Origin: a virus
Taxonomy: Duplodnaviria; Caudoviricetes
DNA: 31,889 nucleotides
IMG/VR virus record: IMGVR_UViG_3300048549_001141
Span: 1 to 31,889 of that record
Direction: 5' to 3' (one strand)
Part shown: positions 24,702-31,889 of the stretch, piece by piece
Layout: each line of letters begins with the position of its first letter
How positions within the stretch are numbered: position 1 is the first letter of the stretch
The notes under the pieces: model-generated
What the model saw: only the letters and a program-made list of their open reading frames with translations
Database searches by the model: none
Told to the model about the DNA's origin: nothing
Translations under genes and position numbers: made by a program

Positions 24702-27700
24702 ATGGGAAGAGACGTCCTCGTTGCCACTAAAATTTTTACACAAAAGGTAGACGCGAGACCAACTCCTCGCCCAGTACTTGAAATCGAGGATGATGATTTT
24801 GGTGCAGAACTTGCAGTAAAAAGTAAAAAAACAAACATAGTACGTGCAGATACAGAAGAAAACGAAGACGGGATTGAAGATGGTGGTCACCGACTCAAAT
24901 TACAATCAGGTCAGACAAAAAATACAGAAACTTCCAAGGTTTCGGAAATATCTTTAGGAGGTTCGACTTCGAACGTCTCCAACCAAAACATAACAATGAA
25001 AACCAGTGGGGAAGAACGTGTTAAATTAGATTCAACTGGTAACTTTGGTATAGGAACGGACGCCCCCGAATCGACTCTACATGTTCAGGGTGACATTACT
25101 TTCAGTGGTAATGTCGTAAAAACAACAAAAACGTGGGTCCAACAGGGACAGAATGTTGATGGTTCTGTGGGTGATCAATTTGGTTATGAAGTAGCTACAG
25201 ACAATACTGGTTTAAGTATGGCTATTGCTGCTCCATATAGATTTTCAAATGCTGGTAGAGTAGATGTGTATACATTTGGTAGTGCAACTTTGTTGTGGTC
25301 TACACGAGTTAATAATACTAATATAGGGAGTGGTACTATACAAGAAACTGCCATTCCATCGGATTCGTTTTTCGGGTCTGCACTCTCTATGTCAAATAAT
25401 GGTAACACTCTAGCTGTGGGTGGTCATGGTTATAACAGCAATACCGGTATTATTCGAATGTATTTTCGCAGTTCCGTTGATTATAACAAAATACATCCCG
25501 AAAATCAAAACGGAACAGATATTGTTGGTGATGCCGCCGGTGATGAATTGGGTCGATCTATCGCACTCGCAAAAGGAAGAACTTCACCGTCTTGGATAGT
25601 TGCCACAGGTGCACCGGGTAATAATAATTCCACTGGTCTCGTTAAAGTATACCAATGGACAGGAACTAATTGGGCTGATCCATCTGGAAACTGGTCACTT
25701 TATGGACCCATTCTAAATGGTGACGTGGTCGCCGATAACTTTGGATGGTCAGTAACAATGTCAGACGATGGTTCGCGTGTAGCCGTGGGTGCATACCAAA
25801 GTGACGGAAATAATGTAAAAATGCATTCTTGGAGAGACGGTGATACTTTCGAAAGACTGGAAAGTTTGTACGGAATATCTGTCGCGACTATTCAATCTTT
25901 GAATGGATACTCACCCGGATATACACCACCTAAAAGAACGCAAGTTCGTGTTTCAAACTCATTTTTTGGCCGTGTGAAAATATACGAATATACAGACAAT
26001 TCGTGGTCACAACTTGGACAAAATATCGATGGTACAGAAGCCGGTGATCAAATAGGGTTATCCATGTCATTATCTGGTGATGGTAGTCGAATAGCTATTG
26101 GTGGACAAAATCAGGTACGTGTTTACCGATATAATGGTATAAATTGGGTTCTCGCCGGTTCAGTTATCAATGGTGAGACTGACGATGACCAATTTGGGCA
26201 TTCTGTTTCACTTTCAAATGACGGATTACGACTTACCGTAAATGCTAACGGTGTAGAAAAGGTTCGTGTATATAACTTCTTGATAGGTTCCGGTGTTTGG
26301 AAAAAGGCAACAGATATATCTGGTGAATATTCAAATACCGATTTCGGCTATGGTGTTGACATGACGGGAAATGGATCATCCATTGTAATCGGTGCAAAAC
26401 TAGATAATGGTGGTAGTGTAAAGGTGTATAAGGAGAACATAGTCACCAGTGCACAATTTGGTAGTGGTGATAATCAATATGCGAATACATTATTCATAAA
26501 CTCAACAACTCAGCGTGTTGGTATTAATACTACTACACCCAATTATACACTTGATACAAATGGAGACTTAAACATAACAGGTAGTTTACACAACAATTCA
26601 TTGGTGTCTTTGGAATACCCCACATTGACATTAAATCAGGTGGGTGCTGATATTTCCTTGACTTCTCTTACCGATTTTGGATACTCCGTAGCAACTTCCT
26701 CGGATGGTACATATTTAGCGGTTGGTTCTATTCAAAATACTGGCGTAGATCCTGGTTTTGTACGCATATTTCTTTATGCAAATGGAACATGGTCTCAGCT
26801 GGGTAGCGATATAAGCGGCGAAGAAGGTGAAGTAACTGGTAGTAGATCTGGTGATCAGTTTGGACATTCCGTGTCTTTATCATCAGATGGTACATATGTA
26901 GCTATTGGTGCACCATTTAATGATGTAGGAGGTACAAACTCAGGACGTGTGCGTGTTTATAGATATGTAGCTGGTTCATGGGCTAAAGTTGGTAATGATA
27001 TTACTGGTAGTGTAATTAATCAAGAAATTGGATATGTTGTATCTATATCATCTAATGGATCAATTGTGGCTATCGGTCAACCGGGTACTGCTACTACAAG
27101 TGGTAGTGTGGGTGTCTACGAATTTACTTCTGGAAATTGGGTCGCACTTGGAACTGCAATAACAAATGAAGTTTCGGGTGATTTATTTGGTTCCGCTGTT
27201 TCACTTTCTTCGGATGGGACACGCGTAGCAATTGGTGCACCACTTAATGATGGCGGTGGTTCAAACGCAGGTCATGTTCGAATATATCAATATAGTGGTG
27301 GAGCCTGGACTCAAATGGGTAATGACATAGATGGTGAAGCTGCTGAAGATCAATCTGGAAAATCGGTGTCATTATCCGGTGATGGCACAATAGTAGCAAT
27401 TGGTGCATACTTAAATACTAATTCTACGGGTCAGGTTCGAGTATATCAATATGATGGTGTTACATGGTCTCAAATAGGTGAAGATATATATGGTTCAAAT
27501 GAAGATGAATGGACTGGTTACGCTATATCTCTTTCAAAAAATGGTAAGCGTCTCCTTGTCGGTGCACATAGAAGTGATCCAAATGGCCCAGAATCTGGTC
27601 GTACACGCCTTTACGAATACAAAGAAAGTTTATGGGTTCAAATTGGAAATGATTTAAATGGTGATACTTCTGGCGATAATTGTGGATGGGCAGTTGCTTT

Positions 27701-30700
27701 ATCAGATGATGGTACACGCGTAATTAGTGTATCTAAGAGTAGCAATATTGATAGTTACATTCGTGTATATGATATTCCTTATTCAAAATTAAACGTAAAA
27801 AATGGTGTATTTGAAGTTGGTACAGCGAATTTGTATGTAGATACACAGACATCAAAGATTGGTATAGGAACTGATTTACCAACAACTACTCTAGATATTG
27901 ATGGAGATCTCAACATAAGAGGTAATTTATACGTTTCTGATTTATTTTCACAGACAGTAAGCAGTGTTTCAAATAGACAGTGGAACCAATTTGGTTCCGA
28001 TGTAGATGGTGAACAAGCTGGAGATCACAATGGGTGGTCAGTATCTATATCAAATGATGGTACACGCGTAGCAATAGGAGCTCCTTACGTTAATAGTTTA
28101 TCTTTTACTCAAACTGGATACGTACGCGTATATCAAAACATTACAGGGGACTGGATACAATTGGGTCAGGATATTTATGGTGAAGGAGATGACGATTTTA
28201 ATGGATATTCTGTATCTTTAAGTTCCGATGGATTTACTTTAGCTGTGGGTTCATATGGACACGATGGTACAAATGGTGAAAAATCGGGGCAGATCAGAGT
28301 ATTTAAATTTAACAACGGACTCTGGGGACAAATAGGTAATTACATATATGGTAAAGCTGCATTCGACGGATTTGGACGTTCTGTATCTTTGTCTAGTGAC
28401 GGAACTCATGTAGCTGCCGGCGGATATGGTGTAACTGCTTCGGCAACTGGATACGTGCGTGTTTTTGAACATATAACTTCGACACTGCAGTCAGAATTAA
28501 ATCCAAGTGGTGGTACCACAGACTATTTCGGTCATGATACTGACATTGATGGAGACACCGCTGTCATAGGAGCCTATAGAGAACATATAGGAAGTCTTCA
28601 AGATGTCGGTGCTGTATATGTTTTCACGAGAACTGGGAGCTCCTGGTCACAACAAGCTAAGCTCGTACCAAGTGATCCCGAAGCCGTGTCATTTTTCGGT
28701 TATTCGGTATCCATTTCGGGAGATACTATAGTAATTGGATCATGGGCAGATGATACCGGTTCTACTTTGAACCATGGTAGTATATACATCTTTACACGTT
28801 CTGGGACTACGTGGACACAGCGAGCAAAAATATTGGCAAGTGATTCTGGTTTTGGTTATTTTTTTGGTAGGTCAGTTTCTATTTCAGGTAATACTATTGT
28901 TGTCGGATCACCCCAAAGAACAGTAAGTGGTCAAAACCAAGCCGGTAGTGCATATATATTTACAGGATCTGGAGCAACATGGACACAACAGGCTATTCTT
29001 GTATCGAGTGATACGACCGGATTCCAATTTGTCGGTGAGGGGGTATCTATATCGGGTGATACAGTTGTTCTTGGAACTCGTATTGAGTCTGTGTATATTT
29101 TTACACGCTCTGGAACAACATGGACACAACAAGCCAAGCTCACTGCAAGTGATGGAGTAATTGATGATTATTTTGGTTTGGACTCTGTATCAATATCAGG
29201 GGATACAGTTATCGTTGGTGCGAGACTGTCTGACAACTACGCTGGCTCTGCATATATATTTACTCGTTCCGGAACAACGTGGACAGAACAAAGTAAACTC
29301 TTGCCATCGTCTAGAGAAGATTATGATCAATTTGGTACAGGTGTATCTGTAGAAGGGAATAAGGTTGTCATTGGAGCTGGTTCTAGTGTGAACCCAGGTA
29401 GTGCTTACGTGTTTGAGCGTTTTGGGAATGTGTGGTCAGAGCAAGAACGCATTGTATCGGTTAGCCAACAACTTGGAGATTATTTTGGAAGTTCAGTAAC
29501 ATTAAATAGTAACACAATAATTATTGGAGCGAATCAATTTTATTCCGATCCCGCGAACTTCATTCGACCCGGGGCTGCATATGCATACACACTTTCTGGA
29601 ACAGGATGGAATCAAGTGGGTTCTGACTTTAATGGTACAACACCTTCTGGTGAATATTACGGAAGTTCAGTATGCTTGTCAAATGATGGCACATATCTTT
29701 CCATCGGTGCATATGGTAGTAACTATGCCCAAGTCTTCCAGTATAGTAGTAATACATGGTCTCAGTTGGGATCAAATTTTACTGGTTCTGGCGATCTTGG
29801 GTGGTCTACATTCTTGTGTGTAAATGATGGAAAACCACGCGTAGTAATTGGCTCACCTAATCAAACATTTGGGGGACTAAACCAAGTGGGATTAGCTCAA
29901 ATTTACGAATACTCAGGGGGTGTGTGGTCTCAATTAGGTTTTGACATGTACGGTGAAAATGCGGATGATCGTTTTGGAACATCTGTATCATTATCATCAG
30001 ACGGCACTCGTCTCGCAATCGGTGCCCATCTAAATGATGGCGGTGGATCCGCCTCTGGACATGTCCGTGTATTTAAATACGGTATTAATAATATTTGGGA
30101 ACAGATTGGAGTTGACCTCGATGGTATTGCAGTAGATGATTTCTCAGGATATGCGTCATCGTTGTCTGGTAATGGTTTACGTGTAGCTGTCGGTTCATAT
30201 GGAAATGACGTAAATGGTTCGTTGTCAGGGAAAGTAAAAATATTTAGTTTCGATGAAATTATTATCAACAAACAAACATTTAATTCAGACTTTTTTAATT
30301 TTGGAAGTAATACAGTTTACATTGATAGTTCATTACAACGAGTTGGTATAGGTACAACACAACCAACTTCAAATTTGGATGTTAACGGTTCCGTGAGTAA
30401 GTTAAGTGGCACTTTCAAAATACCTCACCCATTACCCTCGATGAGTAATACACATAGTTTGTTTCACTCGTTTATAGAAGGTCCTAGAGCTGACTTAATT
30501 TATAGAGGCACAGTACAGCTTCAAAGTGGTTCAGCTTCTATTAATATCGATGAAGTGTCAAGAATGACAGCGGGAACTTTCCAAGTATTAAACCGAGATG
30601 TTTCATGTTTCACGACAAATGAAAGCAACTGGGATCTCGTAAAGGGAAATGTTACAGGTAATATTTTAACAATAAAATCTAAAAATACTAATTCAACTGC

Positions 30701-30803
30701 GACAGTAAGTTGGTTAGTTATAGGTGAACGCCAAGATCCTCATATGTATTTAAATAATCTAACAGACAAAAATGGACATATAGTACCGGAACATCTCAAT
30801 TAG
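24702..30803 (+). CDS. Giant fibre/adhesin: four 7-bladed beta-propellers (one nested in another), a LysM-like insert and a C-terminal FKIPHP...HSFIEGP...YRG domain
   Basis: 2033 aa with ctattataaATG start. I counted 28 blade repeats by eye. Propellers are separated by VGIxTxxPxxTLDxxG linkers. Confidence 0.85.
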   Translation: MGRDVLVATKIFTQKVDARPTPRPVLEIEDDDFGAELAVKSKKTNIVRADTEENEDGIEDGGHRLKLQSGQTKNTETSKVSEISLGGSTSNVSNQNITMKTSGEERVKLDSTGNFGIGTDAPESTLHVQGDITFSGNVVKTTKTWVQQGQNVDGSVGDQFGYEVATDNTGLSMAIAAPYRFSNAGRVDVYTFGSATLLWSTRVNNTNIGSGTIQETAIPSDSFFGSALSMSNNGNTLAVGGHGYNSNTGIIRMYFRSSVDYNKIHPENQNGTDIVGDAAGDELGRSIALAKGRTSPSWIVATGAPGNNNSTGLVKVYQWTGTNWADPSGNWSLYGPILNGDVVADNFGWSVTMSDDGSRVAVGAYQSDGNNVKMHSWRDGDTFERLESLYGISVATIQSLNGYSPGYTPPKRTQVRVSNSFFGRVKIYEYTDNSWSQLGQNIDGTEAGDQIGLSMSLSGDGSRIAIGGQNQVRVYRYNGINWVLAGSVINGETDDDQFGHSVSLSNDGLRLTVNANGVEKVRVYNFLIGSGVWKKATDISGEYSNTDFGYGVDMTGNGSSIVIGAKLDNGGSVKVYKENIVTSAQFGSGDNQYANTLFINSTTQRVGINTTTPNYTLDTNGDLNITGSLHNNSLVSLEYPTLTLNQVGADISLTSLTDFGYSVATSSDGTYLAVGSIQNTGVDPGFVRIFLYANGTWSQLGSDISGEEGEVTGSRSGDQFGHSVSLSSDGTYVAIGAPFNDVGGTNSGRVRVYRYVAGSWAKVGNDITGSVINQEIGYVVSISSNGSIVAIGQPGTATTSGSVGVYEFTSGNWVALGTAITNEVSGDLFGSAVSLSSDGTRVAIGAPLNDGGGSNAGHVRIYQYSGGAWTQMGNDIDGEAAEDQSGKSVSLSGDGTIVAIGAYLNTNSTGQVRVYQYDGVTWSQIGEDIYGSNEDEWTGYAISLSKNGKRLLVGAHRSDPNGPESGRTRLYEYKESLWVQIGNDLNGDTSGDNCGWAVALSDDGTRVISVSKSSNIDSYIRVYDIPYSKLNVKNGVFEVGTANLYVDTQTSKIGIGTDLPTTTLDIDGDLNIRGNLYVSDLFSQTVSSVSNRQWNQFGSDVDGEQAGDHNGWSVSISNDGTRVAIGAPYVNSLSFTQTGYVRVYQNITGDWIQLGQDIYGEGDDDFNGYSVSLSSDGFTLAVGSYGHDGTNGEKSGQIRVFKFNNGLWGQIGNYIYGKAAFDGFGRSVSLSSDGTHVAAGGYGVTASATGYVRVFEHITSTLQSELNPSGGTTDYFGHDTDIDGDTAVIGAYREHIGSLQDVGAVYVFTRTGSSWSQQAKLVPSDPEAVSFFGYSVSISGDTIVIGSWADDTGSTLNHGSIYIFTRSGTTWTQRAKILASDSGFGYFFGRSVSISGNTIVVGSPQRTVSGQNQAGSAYIFTGSGATWTQQAILVSSDTTGFQFVGEGVSISGDTVVLGTRIESVYIFTRSGTTWTQQAKLTASDGVIDDYFGLDSVSISGDTVIVGARLSDNYAGSAYIFTRSGTTWTEQSKLLPSSREDYDQFGTGVSVEGNKVVIGAGSSVNPGSAYVFERFGNVWSEQERIVSVSQQLGDYFGSSVTLNSNTIIIGANQFYSDPANFIRPGAAYAYTLSGTGWNQVGSDFNGTTPSGEYYGSSVCLSNDGTYLSIGAYGSNYAQVFQYSSNTWSQLGSNFTGSGDLGWSTFLCVNDGKPRVVIGSPNQTFGGLNQVGLAQIYEYSGGVWSQLGFDMYGENADDRFGTSVSLSSDGTRLAIGAHLNDGGGSASGHVRVFKYGINNIWEQIGVDLDGIAVDDFSGYASSLSGNGLRVAVGSYGNDVNGSLSGKVKIFSFDEIIINKQTFNSDFFNFGSNTVYIDSSLQRVGIGTTQPTSNLDVNGSVSKLSGTFKIPHPLPSMSNTHSLFHSFIEGPRADLIYRGTVQLQSGSASINIDEVSRMTAGTFQVLNRDVSCFTTNESNWDLVKGNVTGNILTIKSKNTNSTATVSWLVIGERQDPHMYLNNLTDKNGHIVPEHLN

Positions 30804-30838
30804 AAATCATTTCTTGATCTATAATAACGGGTGTGTCG

Positions 30839-31889
30839 ATGAGTAGAAATATACACACCTTCGAGGGGAGACTAGGAATCCAGAACAATTCTCCATCTCA
30901 TGATTTTAGTATAGGTTCAAATCTTCAGGTCAACGATACAGTATCAAATGTACTTACGGTTGTTGGAAATGTAAAAGCTACTAGATTTTTGGGTGATGGT
31001 GGTTTACTGTCTAATATTACAAGTGTGTCAACAACTCTCCAAGCCGCTTCGGATAATGGAAATACCACATCCAACACCCTCCAGTTCACAAACACAACCA
31101 CTGGTTTTATCGTAGACAGTAATATTGTAGTCGGTGGGAACGTTACAGCCACCACCTTCTTGGGTGATGGCGGTTTACTTTCAAATATTTCAGGTGTATC
31201 AACAACTCTTCAGGGCGTTTCAGAAACTGGGAATACGACATCTAATACCCTCCAGTTCACAAACACAACCACTGGTTTTGTCGTAGATAGTAACATCGTA
31301 GTCGGTGGGAACGTTACAGCCACAACCTTCCTAGGTGATGGTGGCCTCCTCTCCAACATTACAACTGTATCATCAACTCTTCAAGATATTTCTGATACAG
31401 GAAATACAACCTCGAACACCCTCCAATTCACAAACACAACTACCGGTCTAGTCGTAGATAGTAACATCGTAGTCGGTGGGAACGTTACAGCCACCACCTT
31501 CCTAGGTGACGGTGGCCTCCTCTCCAACATAGCCACGACCCTCCAAGCTGTCACAGACAATGGAAATACAACCTCCAACACCCTCCAGTTCACAAACACG
31601 ACCACCGGTCTAGTCGTAGATAGTAACATCGTAGTCGGTGGGAACGTTACAGCCACCACCTTCCTAGGTGATGGTGGCCTCCTCTCCAACATAGCCACGA
31701 CCCTCCAAGCTGTCACAGACAATGGAAATACAACCTCCAACACCCTCCAGTTCACAAACACAACCACCGGTCTAGTCGTAGATAGTAACATCGTAGTCGG
31801 TGGGAACGTTACAGCCACCACCTTCCTAGGTGATGGTGGCCTCCTCTCCAACATAGCCACGACCCTCCAAGCTGTCACAGACAATGGAA
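30839..31889 (+). CDS. Fibre protein with tandem shaft repeats, 3'-truncated
   Basis: Not in the ORF track because it has no stop in the window. ATG 30839 gives MSRNIHTFEGRLGIQNNSPSHDFSIGSNLQVNDTVSNVLTVVGNVKATRFLGDGGLLSN..., open to the window end. Confidence 0.85.
   Translation, partial: MSRNIHTFEGRLGIQNNSPSHDFSIGSNLQVNDTVSNVLTVVGNVKATRFLGDGGLLSNITSVSTTLQAASDNGNTTSNTLQFTNTTTGFIVDSNIVVGGNVTATTFLGDGGLLSNISGVSTTLQGVSETGNTTSNTLQFTNTTTGFVVDSNIVVGGNVTATTFLGDGGLLSNITTVSSTLQDISDTGNTTSNTLQFTNTTTGLVVDSNIVVGGNVTATTFLGDGGLLSNIATTLQAVTDNGNTTSNTLQFTNTTTGLVVDSNIVVGGNVTATTFLGDGGLLSNIATTLQAVTDNGNTTSNTLQFTNTTTGLVVDSNIVVGGNVTATTFLGDGGLLSNIATTLQAVTDNG
31031..31889 (+). repeat. 171/162-bp coding tandem repeat (fibre shaft), more than 5 copies
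   Basis: Units start at about 31031, 31202, 31373, 31535, 31697 and 31859. The last copies are nearly identical. Same repeat family as 1447-2040. Confidence 0.95.

Noticed and set aside
618..31884. Minus-strand and alternative-frame ORFs in the track (e.g. 21641-22177, 22376-23071, 31381-31884, 5718-6173)
   Set aside because: They lie within long + strand genes and are shadows of repetitive or GC-rich codon usage, with no recognisable motifs or start context.
1..31889. Bacterial autotransporter/adhesin island or tailed-phage tail module
   Set aside because: There are no signal peptides, beta-barrel ends or Shine-Dalgarno motifs. The AT-rich TATATTAA-ATG contexts and repeat types fit an algal large DNA virus better. 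No core marker gene is in the window, so the taxonomy remains an inference.
1..31889. tRNA, rRNA or transposase genes
   Set aside because: Intergenic gaps are short and accounted for, and no cloverleaf or DDE/HUH/tyrosine-recombinase motifs were seen.

Overview
This window is a single-strand (+) cluster of about 18 genes. Almost all encode virion fibre/adhesin-like proteins or small phage-type fibre-assembly chaperones. The AT-rich 'TATATTAA-ATG' starts, absence of Shine-Dalgarno sites and the 'GNTTSNTLQFTNxTTG...FLGDGGLLSN' shaft repeats suggest an algal large DNA virus (prasinovirus-like, Nucleocytoviricota). That assignment and all domain calls come from motifs recognised by eye; no searches were run. 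The main structure is a cassette array at about 4.8-21.6 kb. Six fibre genes start immediately after an identical 41-bp element (CACATTTAATAACGTGTAAATCATTTCTTACCCTATATTAA-ATG), with one near-identical and three degenerate further copies. Each of the seven good copies is preceded by a short inverted repeat whose sequence differs between junctions. Inside the cassettes, near-identical G/C-run-rich constant DNA blocks alternate with diverged AT-richer blocks encoding whole binding domains (7-bladed propellers, discoidin-like, LamG-like, C1q-like, phage-type tips). Fibres and chaperones are visibly mosaic. I infer a recombination-driven receptor-binding-protein shuffling system. No recombinase or reverse transcriptase is encoded in the window, so the mechanism is unproven.
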